From contig CALGTL010000079.1 of the NCBI GenBank assembly GCA_937901475.1, positions 4,600-68,599 on the forward strand: 64,000 bases of DNA, given 5' to 3'. Positions 9,855-19,461 of the stretch are shown here, piece after piece (the stretch's first letter is position 1; the number at the start of each line of letters is the position of its first letter). The translations under genes were made by a program, and so were the position numbers. The stretch comes from an uncultured Dehalococcoidia bacterium. GTDB taxonomy: Bacteria; Chloroflexota; Dehalococcoidia; Lucifugimonadales; Australimonadaceae. Below the pieces are notes generated by a model. The model was given only the letters and a program-made list of their open reading frames with translations, was not told the DNA's origin and ran no database searches.

Positions 9855-9883
9855 GATTCGAGTCCTGATCAAGATTCAAAAAA

Positions 9884-9922
9884 AGAGGGGAAAGGGCAGG
9901 CAGCCCTTTCCCCTCTTTTTTT
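9884..9922. terminator. Bidirectional rho-independent terminator
   Basis: agaggggaaagggc-aggca-gccctttcccctct forms a 14-bp stem. An A-run lies on the left and TTTTTT on the right, between convergent genes ending at 9854 and 9940. Confidence 0.85.
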
Positions 9923-9939
9923 ACCGACGCTCAAAGGGA

Positions 9940-10326
9940 CTAAGCGGTAAGACTCGCCGATCTAGAGTCATTTATTAAACGGCCCGTACCATACTCAACC
10001 TTTACCGTCTTTGCGATGGCGCCCGATCTGGTGCCAATCATAATTAACTCTTCGTCCGTCTGGTTGTGGAGTTGATAGAACGAACCACCCGTGATAGTGC
10101 ACATCATTCCGGCGCTCAGCTTGGCCTCGCCACCGTCCGGAAAGACCATGGTCAATTCCCCCTCAACTACGGTGAAGGTTTGGTCTTGATTATGGCAATG
10201 CATCTCGTCGATTTGGTCAGGCTTGTAATAGTGAATCCAAGCGTGAAATCGACTGGTGTCCATTATGTTCGTGCGTTTTTTCTTGTCGCGGGCAAACTGA
10301 GCCGTGTCGTAGACCTCAATAGGCAT
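9940..10326 (-). CDS. Single-domain cupin (cupin_2) protein
   Basis: 128 aa. Cupin motif 1 is HCHNQDQTFTVVEGEL (H-x-H...E) and motif 2 is GGSFYQLHN. Confidence 0.75.
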   Translation of the reverse strand: MPIEVYDTAQFARDKKKRTNIMDTSRFHAWIHYYKPDQIDEMHCHNQDQTFTVVEGELTMVFPDGGEAKLSAGMMCTITGGSFYQLHNQTDEELIMIGTRSGAIAKTVKVEYGTGRLINDSRSASLTA

Positions 10327-10488
10327 TGTCCATCTCCTGTTCGCCGATTTGCATTGCGGAATGACAGCAGTCTACGGCTGCTGTCAACGGCTCAGGAGAA
10401 ACGCTTAGTTGACTGGGTACCGCTGGATGCGTAGCCTGCCGCCGTCCCTTGGATCAAGTATCTACAACTACCCGTAGAGAGGGTGACC

Positions 10489-11691
10489 ATGACTAGTTCA
10501 GAGAATGCACGTGTGATCGGGTTGGGAATCGTTGGATTGGGCGGCGCAACGCTCAGCATGCTCCCTAAATTCGCTAAGAACGCTGGCTACAAGATCGTGG
10601 CAGCAGCGGACATCGACAAAGAAGTCATGGCTGCCTTCAGCCATGACTTCCCTGAGGCCAAGACATACACCAGCGTACAAGACCTTTGCACTAACAGGGA
10701 TGTGGAATTGGTTTACATCGCCACACCGAACCGACTCCACTCGGAGCATGCACTTGCTGCATTCGCGGGCGGTAAACACGTTCTCATTGAAAAGCCGATG
10801 ACGATCGAGATTCCCGGGTCTATCGCGATGGTCGAGGCTGCCGAAAAGGCAGGCGTCTTCCTCGGCGTCAACGTCAAGCATAGCTTCGAGCCTCGAGTCC
10901 AAAAGGTACGAGAGATGGTGAGGACTCAGGAATTTGGGAAACTACGGTTGATCAACAGTTGGAGGTATGTTGATTGGTTGTACCGCCCCCGAACTCCCGA
11001 AGAATTGACCCCTGAGTGGGGAGGTGGAATCGTATGGCGGCAGGCGCCACATCAACTCGACATCGTGCGCACGATAGGTGGAGGCCTCGTCCGGAGCGTC
11101 CGAGGGATGGCTGGGGTTTGGGACCCCGACCGGCGAGTACCAGGTGCACACGCGACATTTATGGAGTTCGAAGATGGTGCGGTCGCAACCGCGATGATTA
11201 GCGGGTACGACCACTATGACTCACGGCTTCTCGTGTTTGGGCCTGACGCGATTGACCCTTCACAGCATGGTGGAGCTCGTAGAGAGCTTCGCGATTCGTT
11301 AGCAGGTGGTGCTGAGGCCGCTGCCGCTGCTGCGGAGCGCTACGGTGGAAACCGAGCTGGCTCTGCTGTCCGCGAAACACCCGGCCTCGGAGGAGGCTGG
11401 ATTATGGGAGGGCCTACCGTCATCAGTTTTGATCACGCCGACGTTTCTTTCTCCCGGAACGGGCTGGAAGTATTTAGCGACACGAGCCGCTACGAGATTG
11501 ACCTGCAAGGGCCAAAAGACGGACGCGACGGTCGACTCGACACATACCACGACGCTATCGTCAATGGCACCCCGCTTCCTGCGGACGGCCGCTGGGGCAT
11601 GGCAACGCTGGAAGTGCTTCTGGCCGTTCAGGAATCTGGAACCAAACGCCAAGAACTGTTGATGTCACACCAGGTGCCAGGAGTGGATTGA
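10489..11691 (+). CDS. Gfo/Idh/MocA family oxidoreductase
   Basis: N-terminal Rossmann motif IGLGIVGLGGA. Family block ELVYIATPNRLHSEHALAAFAGGKHVLIEKPM. ATG 10489 follows GAGGG; the alternative GTG 10483 is too close to the SD. Confidence 0.85.
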   Translation: MTSSENARVIGLGIVGLGGATLSMLPKFAKNAGYKIVAAADIDKEVMAAFSHDFPEAKTYTSVQDLCTNRDVELVYIATPNRLHSEHALAAFAGGKHVLIEKPMTIEIPGSIAMVEAAEKAGVFLGVNVKHSFEPRVQKVREMVRTQEFGKLRLINSWRYVDWLYRPRTPEELTPEWGGGIVWRQAPHQLDIVRTIGGGLVRSVRGMAGVWDPDRRVPGAHATFMEFEDGAVATAMISGYDHYDSRLLVFGPDAIDPSQHGGARRELRDSLAGGAEAAAAAAERYGGNRAGSAVRETPGLGGGWIMGGPTVISFDHADVSFSRNGLEVFSDTSRYEIDLQGPKDGRDGRLDTYHDAIVNGTPLPADGRWGMATLEVLLAVQESGTKRQELLMSHQVPGVD

Positions 11692-11799
11692 AATAGAGTA
11701 ATAAGCGCAACATAGTTATTGTGAGTATTGGCGCTACTGTGCGCCCCGGCTGATACCATTCACGCTGCGTCTATGAAGAGATTCGTTCGGAGGTAGAAG

Positions 11800-13092
11800 A
11801 TGCTTTCTCAGGCAATGAATGACCGTCTGACAAGAGTGAGCGCAGGCACACCGATGGGGACACTCATGCGTAGGTACTGGCAACCAATTGCAGGCTCCTC
11901 GCAGTTGTCGGAAGAGAACCCGACCAAAGAGATACGTCTACTTGGCGAAGATTTGGTTCTCTTCAGGAGCACGGCCGGCAAGCTCGGCTTGATTGAGCCA
12001 TCCTGCCCCCACCGCAAAGCTAACCTTTCTTATGGGATTCCAGAGCCTGAAGGCATCCGCTGCGCCTATCACGGCTGGTTGTTCGATGAGGCAGGCAATT
12101 GCGTTGACCAACCTTCTGAGCCTGCTGGCAGCCGGTTCAAAGCCAAGGTAAAGCTCAAGGCATACAAAGTGGAAGAGCTTGGGGGGATTATCTTCGGCTA
12201 CATGGGCCCTGAACCAGCGCCGCTCCTTCCTCGCTGGGACGTTCTAACCTGGGAAGGGGCTCGTGAAACCACGATCGTTGAACTCCCATGCAACTGGCTC
12301 CAGTGCCAAGAGAACTCGCTGGACCCACTTCACTTTCAGTGGCTTCACCGTTATTTCGGCGGCTACATGATGAACCGCCTCAAGCCCGCATCAGAGCGAG
12401 ATGAGTGGAACGCCATCACTAGCTCTAAGGGTGCTGACCACAAGAAAATAGGTTTTGACATTACACCCTACGGTGTAATCAAGCGCCGCCTCGTTGGTGA
12501 TGAGACCGAGGACTCCGAGTTCTGGCGCATCGGGCACCCAGTGCTATTTCCGAACATTCTCCGCGTCGCCCACGGAATGCAGTTCCGGACCCCTATCGAT
12601 GACACTCACACATTGCACGTCACTATGCAGTTCCGACCTTACAAGGATGGTGAAGACCGGCAGACCGAAGTGCCCACGCACCTTCCGTCACTATACGACG
12701 AGAAAGGTAGGATAAGGGCAGACGGTGTGCAGCCACAGGATCAATTGGCGTGGGTCATCCAGGGACCTATCAGCGATCGCACGACCGAGCACCTCGGTGT
12801 AACTGACGTCGGTATCATCATGTACCGGCGCATGCTGGACCAACAAGCTAGAGTCGTAGAAGAGGGCGGGGAGCCGCTTAACATCCACCGCGACCCATCA
12901 GCAAATGAGATTATTATCCTTCCGTGTGAGTATTTCTCTTACCCTGGCTACGAAGGCACGGGTGGACCATTTAAGGACCAGCCTGTCCGTGAACCGGATG
13001 TGATGGCCATCCTCTCTGGTGACGGAGTGGACCGCAACGAATTCGGCGAAGCACCGAAGATGTCTGGCGAAGAGCGCTACTCTTTCAAATAA
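11800..13092 (+). CDS. Rieske [2Fe-2S] non-heme iron oxygenase, alpha (catalytic) subunit, paralogue 1
   Basis: Rieske motif CPHRKANLSYGIPEPEGIRCAYHGW. Mononuclear iron motif ENSLDPLHFQWLH (E-x3-D-x2-H-x4-H). GGAGG lies 6 nt before the ATG. Confidence 0.88.
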   Translation: MLSQAMNDRLTRVSAGTPMGTLMRRYWQPIAGSSQLSEENPTKEIRLLGEDLVLFRSTAGKLGLIEPSCPHRKANLSYGIPEPEGIRCAYHGWLFDEAGNCVDQPSEPAGSRFKAKVKLKAYKVEELGGIIFGYMGPEPAPLLPRWDVLTWEGARETTIVELPCNWLQCQENSLDPLHFQWLHRYFGGYMMNRLKPASERDEWNAITSSKGADHKKIGFDITPYGVIKRRLVGDETEDSEFWRIGHPVLFPNILRVAHGMQFRTPIDDTHTLHVTMQFRPYKDGEDRQTEVPTHLPSLYDEKGRIRADGVQPQDQLAWVIQGPISDRTTEHLGVTDVGIIMYRRMLDQQARVVEEGGEPLNIHRDPSANEIIILPCEYFSYPGYEGTGGPFKDQPVREPDVMAILSGDGVDRNEFGEAPKMSGEERYSFK

Positions 13093-13110
13093 GGCGAGGA
13101 GTCAAAGACG

Positions 13111-13140
13111 AGTAAGAGGGGATCTCGCGTCCCTCTTACT
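13111..13140 (+). terminator. Terminator-like hairpin after Rieske gene
   Basis: agtaagaggg-(10 nt)-ccctcttact forms a perfect 10-bp stem 19 nt after the stop. The T-tail is only weak (ttgatgctt). Confidence 0.45.
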
Positions 13141-13244
13141 TGATGCTTCCCCCGCAACGTGCGCCGTTGCCAGGTAGAGGTAAAATCTGCTACCTTTCGT
13201 GATACACACTGTACCGAGTGCAGACGCTTCTCTCCCGGGTATTC

Positions 13245-13281
13245 AATGAATCAGGAAGGGGAGTTATCCTATTGATTCATT
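13245..13281. promoter_or_regulatory. Inverted repeat upstream of gltB (candidate operator or 5'-leader hairpin)
   Basis: aatgaatca (13245-13253) and tgattcatt (13273-13281) are perfect 9-nt reverse complements separated by 19 nt. The repeat ends 30 nt before the gltB TTG start. Confidence 0.3.
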
Positions 13282-13311
13282 TTATGCTTTTGGCCTTTCT
13301 AGGAGTAATCG

Positions 13312-16300
13312 TTGGCAGGAGTCTTCAAAGGTAAGCCTTTCGGTCTGTATCGTCCTGAATTTGAGCATGCTGCATGCGGAGTTGGCGTCGTAGCCAACAC
13401 TAAGGGCGTTAGCTCTCACGATGTGATAGAGCGTGGTATCGAAGTGCTGGCGAACCTCGCGCATAGAGGAGCGGCAGGAGCCGACCCTGAGACGGGTGAC
13501 GGCGCTGGGATTCTGACGCAAGTGCCAGACGCGTTTCTGCGCCGAGAATCCACCGCACTTGGGTTGGAGTTACCACCACTCTACGAGTATGCGGTTGGGA
13601 TGACATTTCTACCGCGGGACGATGCTGACCGTGGTCGTTGCGAGCGCTCGATAGAAGACGTCGTTGCCAGCGAGGGGCAAATCTTCCTAGGGTGGCGCGA
13701 TGTTCCCGTTGACTCTTCGAGCATCGGTTATGTTGCTCGCGACTGCCAGCCCGTGATACGGCAGTTCTTTGTTGGCAAAGGCAAGAACATCCCGGACGAG
13801 GCCGCGTTCGACCGTAAGCTCTACGTCATTCGTAAGATTATTGAGAGTGAAGCCGAGACAGCATCCCTCAAAGAGCCTGACGAGTTTTACGTTTGCAGCT
13901 TGTCGCCTAAGGTCATTGTCTACAAGGGCCTTCTGATGGCCTATCAGGTGATGGATTTTTACAAAGACCTTAGTGACCCTGCGATGACCTCTTCATTCGC
14001 TCTCGTTCACTCTCGCTTCAGCACAAATACATTAGGTTCGTGGAAGCTCGCGCATCCATATCGCTACCTCGTCCACAATGGTGAAATTAATACCGTTCGC
14101 GGTAACACCAACTGGATGATGGCACGTGAGAAGAGCATGTCTTCGCCTGAATTCGGTGACGACCTCCAGAAGTTATTTCCGGTAATCCCTCCAAGCCAGA
14201 GTGACACTGCCAGCCTCGACAACGCCTATGAACTTATGCTTCATACAGGTAGGCCGCTGCATCACGTGATGATGTCGCTCATGCCCGAGGCAACCGGAGA
14301 GCGTGTGCAGATGTCACAGGAGAAGCGCGATTTCTACGAATACCACGCTTGCATGATGGAGCCTTGGGATGGCCCCGCGCTCGTGGCATTTACTGACGGC
14401 ACCCGTATCGGCGCAGTGCTCGACCGAAACGGCCTACGTCCGTTTCGCTACATTGTCACTGACGATGACATGCTGGTGATGGCATCGGAAACAGGTGTTG
14501 TGAAAACTGACCCCGGTAAAGTGCTCTACCGCCAGCGCATCTATCCCGGGCGTATGTTCCTCCTTGACCCAGAGCGCGGCGGTATCGTGGACGATGAAAC
14601 AATCAAGCATGAATTGTCCTCCGCACAGCCGTACGGTGAGTGGCTCAAGCAGAATATGGTCTACCTCAGGGACCTTGCCGACGCCGGTGGGCACCACGAG
14701 CAGATGAACAGCCAGGAACTTGTTGACCTCCAACAGGCCTTCGGCTACACGCAAGAAGACCTGCGCATGCTCCTTGAGCCCATGGCACTCAATGGTGTTG
14801 AGCCTACAGGTTCGATGGGCAATGATGTCCCGCTCGCAGCGCTTTCGGACCAACCGCAGCCGTTGTTTCGTTACTTCAAGCAGATGTTCGCCCAGGTGAG
14901 CAACCCCCCGCTCGATGGCATCCGGGAGGAGCTCGTTACATCCATTGACGTGCGCCTGGGTGCTCAGCAGAACATTTTCGATGAAACCCCTGCGCATGCC
15001 CGTCAGCTCAAGCTGGATGGGCCGTTGCTGACCGACGAAGAACTTGCGAAAGTGAAGGCGATAGATGCCGAAGGCATCAAGGCTGTCACGCTTTCTACTT
15101 TGTTCCGAGTGGACACAGACGAAGGCGAAATTGAACGAGCTATGGATGCCCTAGCTGTTAGCGTTGACGAAGCGCTGGCAAGTGGCGCATCAATCATAAT
15201 CCTTTCGGATCGTGGTGTTGACGCACAACATGCTCCTATTCCAAGCCTGCTGGCAGCCTCTGGCATCCACCACCACCTAATCCGGAACGGAACACGCACC
15301 AAAGTTGGGCTGGTTGTTGAATCTGGGGAGCCTAGGGAGACTCCACACCTCGCTGCCCTCATCGGGTATGGCGCTAATGCTGTCAACCCCTACCTCGCCT
15401 TCCAGGCGCTTGGTCAATTAGTCGAGGATGGCGCATTCCCTGCCCGTATCGATTTCGAAACTGCCCAGAAGAACTACATCAAAGCTTCTTACAAAGGCTT
15501 GGTGAAGGTGACTGCGAAGATGGGCATCTCAACCATTCATAGCTACCACGGTGCCCAAATTTTTGAGGCCGTAGGCCTCAGTCAGCGACTCGTTGATCAG
15601 TACTTCACATGGACACCATCACGCATCGGGGGCATCGATCTTGAAGTCATCGAAGATGACGCTCGCAAGTGGCATGGAGACGCCTTTCCTGAGGCTGACG
15701 TCCCCGCCAACCCTGACCTGCCCTCAGGTGGCTTCTACTCGTGGCGCCGCGATGGTGAATACCATATGTGGAACCCAGACACCGTCGCTAAGCTGCAGTA
15801 CGCAGCTCAAATGAACGACGAGCCCTCCTATCGATCCTTCGCTGAACTAGCTAACACGTATGAACAGCGCGCCTGCACCATTCGAGGATTGCTGTCGTTT
15901 AGAGAGGACAATGTACCGATAGACATCAGCGAGGTGGAACCGGCCTCGGAAATTGTCAAGCGGTTTGCCACGGGTGCAATTTCGCTCGGTTCAATCAGCC
16001 GCGAGGCCCATGAGAGCCTTGCTATAGCCATGAACCGCATCGGCGCGCGCAGTAACTCAGGTGAAGGTGGTGAGGATTACCACCGTTATGTCCCAGATGC
16101 CAACGGTGACCGCCGGGTCAGTGCGATTAAGCAGGTCGCGTCCGGGCGATTTGGAGTTACAACTAATTACTTGGTCAATGCAACCGACCTTCAGATTAAA
16201 ATGGCCCAAGGAGCCAAGCCCGGTGAGGGAGGCCAGCTACCCGGCCACAAGGTGGATCAGTACATCGGCTGGGTACGTCACTCAACACCAGGCGTAGAGC

Positions 16301-17859
16301 TCATCTCACCGCCGCCTCACCACGACATTTATTCAATTGAGGACCTTGCGCAGTTGATTCATGACCTGAAGAACGTGAATTCTGAGGCCAGAATTCACGT
16401 GAAACTCGTCGCCGAAGTTGGTGTTGGGACTATCGCCGCTGGAGTTTCTAAAGCGCACGGCGATGTAGTTTTGATTAGCGGCGACACTGGCGGTACGGGC
16501 GCCTCGCCTGAATCGTCTATCAAGTACGCAGGCCTGCCATGGGAACTTGGCCTTGCCGAAGCGCAGCAGGTGCTTGTCGCCAACGACCTGAGGGGTCGCA
16601 TCGTGGTCCAAACCGACGGACAAATAAAGACTGGCCGTGATGTTGCGGTTGCGCTTTTGCTGGGAGCTGACGAAGTGGGCATTGCCACCGCCTCGCTGGT
16701 GACCCAAGGCTGCATCATGCTTCGAAAGTGTCACCTGAACACTTGCTCGGTGGGTATAGCAACACAAGACCCAGAACTCCGCCAGCGGTTTTCTGGTGAC
16801 CCGCAACACCTGATTAACTATTTTATGTTTGTCGCTCAAGACCTCCGCGAAATCATGGCAAGCCTCGGTTTCAGAACTGTCGCTGAAATGATTGGCCGTG
16901 CAGACAAACTCCAGACCGCCGAGGCAGTTTCATTCTGGAAGAAAACCCGCGACATAGACCTCTCACCGTTACTCGCGCTAGCGGATGTGCCAGACACGGT
17001 TGCGCGCCATAACGTGATCACGCAGGATCACGGCCTCGACAAAGCGCTTGATCAGGAATTGATTGAGCGCTCGCGCAAAGCGATTGCGCACAAGGTTCCG
17101 ATTGAATTCTCGCTGCCCATCAATAACTCTAATCGTACGGTTGGAGCGATGCTGAGCGGCCGGATCGCTAAGCAGTACGGTGAAGAAGGGTTGCCGCTCG
17201 ATACCATCCAGGCGAACTTCACAGGGTCGGCAGGTCAGAGCTTTGCCGCGTTTCTTGTGAAGGGAGTCAACTTCTCCCTTGAAGGTGACTCCAATGATTA
17301 CTTTGGCAAAGGCATGTCGGGAGGTCGCATTGTCGTTGTGCCACCTAGGGAAGCGAAGTACATCCCGGAAGAAAACGTAATCATCGGTAATGTCGCGCTG
17401 TACGGCGCTACTGGCGGTGAAGTGTTCATTCATGGACTCGGTGGTGAGCGATTCGGTGTCCGAAACAGTGGAGCCCTGGCTGTTATCGAAGGCATCGGTG
17501 ACCACGGCTGCGAGTACATGACCAATGGCCGAGTCGTGATATTGGGCGGAGTAGGTCGCAACTTTGCCGCAGGTATGAGCGGGGGTCTCGCGTACGTCCT
17601 AGACGAAGCAGGCACCTTCGAGAGTCAATGTAACAAGGAAATGGTTGACCTTGAGAGTGTTGTTAATCCTGATGACATCGATGAGCTGCGTGATTTGATT
17701 AGGAAACACTTCAAATACACCGGCAGTGCGAATGCTAAGCGCGTGCTAGGCAATTGGGACCAGCTTCTATCTAAGTTTGTAAAGGTCTATCCACGGGATT
17801 ACCGCAGAGTGGTTGACGCTCAGAAGCGCGCCAAACAGGAGTTGGCCACCAGTGGGTAA
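13312..17859 (+). CDS. gltB: Glutamate synthase large subunit
   Basis: 1515 aa. Ntn-amidotransferase Cys in EHAACGVGVVAN. The central, FMN (GEGGED..., ISPPPHHDIYSIEDL) and C-terminal GXGXG-repeat domains are all present. TTG start lies 6 nt after AGGAG (13301-13305). Confidence 0.97.
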   Translation: MAGVFKGKPFGLYRPEFEHAACGVGVVANTKGVSSHDVIERGIEVLANLAHRGAAGADPETGDGAGILTQVPDAFLRRESTALGLELPPLYEYAVGMTFLPRDDADRGRCERSIEDVVASEGQIFLGWRDVPVDSSSIGYVARDCQPVIRQFFVGKGKNIPDEAAFDRKLYVIRKIIESEAETASLKEPDEFYVCSLSPKVIVYKGLLMAYQVMDFYKDLSDPAMTSSFALVHSRFSTNTLGSWKLAHPYRYLVHNGEINTVRGNTNWMMAREKSMSSPEFGDDLQKLFPVIPPSQSDTASLDNAYELMLHTGRPLHHVMMSLMPEATGERVQMSQEKRDFYEYHACMMEPWDGPALVAFTDGTRIGAVLDRNGLRPFRYIVTDDDMLVMASETGVVKTDPGKVLYRQRIYPGRMFLLDPERGGIVDDETIKHELSSAQPYGEWLKQNMVYLRDLADAGGHHEQMNSQELVDLQQAFGYTQEDLRMLLEPMALNGVEPTGSMGNDVPLAALSDQPQPLFRYFKQMFAQVSNPPLDGIREELVTSIDVRLGAQQNIFDETPAHARQLKLDGPLLTDEELAKVKAIDAEGIKAVTLSTLFRVDTDEGEIERAMDALAVSVDEALASGASIIILSDRGVDAQHAPIPSLLAASGIHHHLIRNGTRTKVGLVVESGEPRETPHLAALIGYGANAVNPYLAFQALGQLVEDGAFPARIDFETAQKNYIKASYKGLVKVTAKMGISTIHSYHGAQIFEAVGLSQRLVDQYFTWTPSRIGGIDLEVIEDDARKWHGDAFPEADVPANPDLPSGGFYSWRRDGEYHMWNPDTVAKLQYAAQMNDEPSYRSFAELANTYEQRACTIRGLLSFREDNVPIDISEVEPASEIVKRFATGAISLGSISREAHESLAIAMNRIGARSNSGEGGEDYHRYVPDANGDRRVSAIKQVASGRFGVTTNYLVNATDLQIKMAQGAKPGEGGQLPGHKVDQYIGWVRHSTPGVELISPPPHHDIYSIEDLAQLIHDLKNVNSEARIHVKLVAEVGVGTIAAGVSKAHGDVVLISGDTGGTGASPESSIKYAGLPWELGLAEAQQVLVANDLRGRIVVQTDGQIKTGRDVAVALLLGADEVGIATASLVTQGCIMLRKCHLNTCSVGIATQDPELRQRFSGDPQHLINYFMFVAQDLREIMASLGFRTVAEMIGRADKLQTAEAVSFWKKTRDIDLSPLLALADVPDTVARHNVITQDHGLDKALDQELIERSRKAIAHKVPIEFSLPINNSNRTVGAMLSGRIAKQYGEEGLPLDTIQANFTGSAGQSFAAFLVKGVNFSLEGDSNDYFGKGMSGGRIVVVPPREAKYIPEENVIIGNVALYGATGGEVFIHGLGGERFGVRNSGALAVIEGIGDHGCEYMTNGRVVILGGVGRNFAAGMSGGLAYVLDEAGTFESQCNKEMVDLESVVNPDDIDELRDLIRKHFKYTGSANAKRVLGNWDQLLSKFVKVYPRDYRRVVDAQKRAKQELATSG

Positions 17860-19312
17860 GATTACAGGATTTATGGATTTTCACCGGGAACCCCCAGAGC
17901 GGCGACCGGTAAACAATCGCCTTCAGGATTACCGAGAGATTTATGAGGTATGGCCTGATGAAGCCGTTCAAGACCAGGGAGCAAGGTGCATGAACTGCGC
18001 ATTGCCTTTCTGTCACCGTGGCTGCCCATTGGGGAACCTGATTCCGGATTGGAACGACCTAGTCTATAAGGGACGTTGGAAGGACGCGCTTGCCGCGCTG
18101 CACACCACGAATAACTTCCCTGAGTTCACCGGCCGAATCTGCCCTGCACCATGTGAGGCGTCTTGCGTGCTCGCCATCAATGAGCAGCCTGTGACAATTG
18201 AACATATCGAGAAGGCCATATCAGATAAGGGCTATGAAGAAGGCTGGACCACACCTAACCCACCCTCGAAGCGCACTGGTAAGAAAGTTGCAGTTGTCGG
18301 TGCTGGGCCTTCGGGTCTTGCTGCAGCAGACCAATTGAATAGAGCGGGACACATGGTCACTGTGTTCGAACGAAACGAATACATCGGAGGCCTGCTGACT
18401 CTTGGAATCCCCGACTTCAAACTAGACAAGCAAGTGATTGAACGCCGCGTCAATCTCATGAAGGCCGAAGGGATTGAATTCAAAACCAGCACCAGTGTTG
18501 GTGAGGATTTCCCCGCCACGGAACTGCTCGACAGCTATGACTCCGTCTGCCTGACAGGCGGGTCCACTATCCCTCGCCGCTTGGGTGTTGAAGGTGAAAA
18601 CCTGGATGGTGTCCACGTAGCGATGGACTACCTGACTCAGCAAAACCGAGTGAACCGTGGACAGACAGGCTTAACTAGCGAGCGCATCAACGCAGCTGGG
18701 AAGACCGTGGTGATTCTCGGCGGCGGTGATACTGGAGCGGATTGCCTGGGTACGGCTCACCGCCAAGGTGCTGAGGTCGTCTACCAGTACGAGCTGTTAT
18801 CAGAGCCTGCTGAAGAGCGGCCATCAACTAACCCTTGGCCGTACTGGCCGTTAATTCTGAGGACATCTTCTGCTCACGAAGAAGGTGGAATCCGTGACTA
18901 TAGCATCCTTACCAAGAGCTTCTCAGGCCGCAACGGGAAGCTAGAAAAACTGCATGCTGTCCGTATCGAATGGGACCGTGATGACTCCGGTCGCATGAAT
19001 ATGAAGGAAATCCCTGGTACGGAGTTCGAAGTTCAGACCGACCTGGTGTTTCTCGCCCTTGGATTCCTTCACCCTCAACATGAGGGCATGCTTGAGCAGC
19101 TTGGCGTAGAGCTAGACCCCCGCGGCAACGTTCGAGCAGACGACAACAAGATGACCAGCGTCCCTGGCGTGTTTACCGCAGGTGATATGACACGCGGGCA
19201 GTCGTTAGTGGTCTGGGCGATTGCAGAGGGCCGTCAAGCTGCCCACTGCATCGACAAGTACCTGATGGGATCAACCCAGCTCCCTAGCGTGAACCTACGC
19301 TCGTTTGCCTAG
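17852..19312 (+). CDS. gltD: Glutamate synthase small subunit (NADPH-dependent)
   Basis: GTG 17852 gives the family-typical N-terminus (V)GKITGFMDF. Fe-S cysteines [17 protein letters not shown]; dinucleotide motif [14 protein letters not shown]. The start overlaps the gltB stop (GTGGGTAA), consistent with translational coupling. Confidence 0.95.
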   Translation: MGKITGFMDFHREPPERRPVNNRLQDYREIYEVWPDEAVQDQGARCMNCALPFCHRGCPLGNLIPDWNDLVYKGRWKDALAALHTTNNFPEFTGRICPAPCEASCVLAINEQPVTIEHIEKAISDKGYEEGWTTPNPPSKRTGKKVAVVGAGPSGLAAADQLNRAGHMVTVFERNEYIGGLLTLGIPDFKLDKQVIERRVNLMKAEGIEFKTSTSVGEDFPATELLDSYDSVCLTGGSTIPRRLGVEGENLDGVHVAMDYLTQQNRVNRGQTGLTSERINAAGKTVVILGGGDTGADCLGTAHRQGAEVVYQYELLSEPAEERPSTNPWPYWPLILRTSSAHEEGGIRDYSILTKSFSGRNGKLEKLHAVRIEWDRDDSGRMNMKEIPGTEFEVQTDLVFLALGFLHPQHEGMLEQLGVELDPRGNVRADDNKMTSVPGVFTAGDMTRGQSLVVWAIAEGRQAAHCIDKYLMGSTQLPSVNLRSFA

Positions 19313-19335
19313 GCGGCGAAACTTGATAGGCAAAA

Positions 19336-19362
19336 GCCCTGCGGTTCTTCGCAGGGCTTTTT
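19336..19362. terminator. Rho-independent terminator, probably bidirectional (gltD and convergent helicase)
   Basis: gccctgcg-gttctt-cgcagggc forms an 8-bp GC-rich stem. It is followed by TTTTT and preceded by AAAA. Confidence 0.8.
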
Positions 19363-19461
19363 CATTGTTTGTCTATGGTGATTTCAATGGGACCTAAGGC
19401 TTCTGGTTTGGATTCCTGAGATGCCTTACCCCGCTTGGCACTCATGCGGAGAACCGATTAC

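Noticed and set aside
13180-13193. GTA-N8-TAC (NtcA/CRP-family-like) motif upstream of gltB
   Set aside because: Only six positions are specified, so about a dozen or more chance matches are expected in 64 kb. There is no evidence that the organism uses NtcA.
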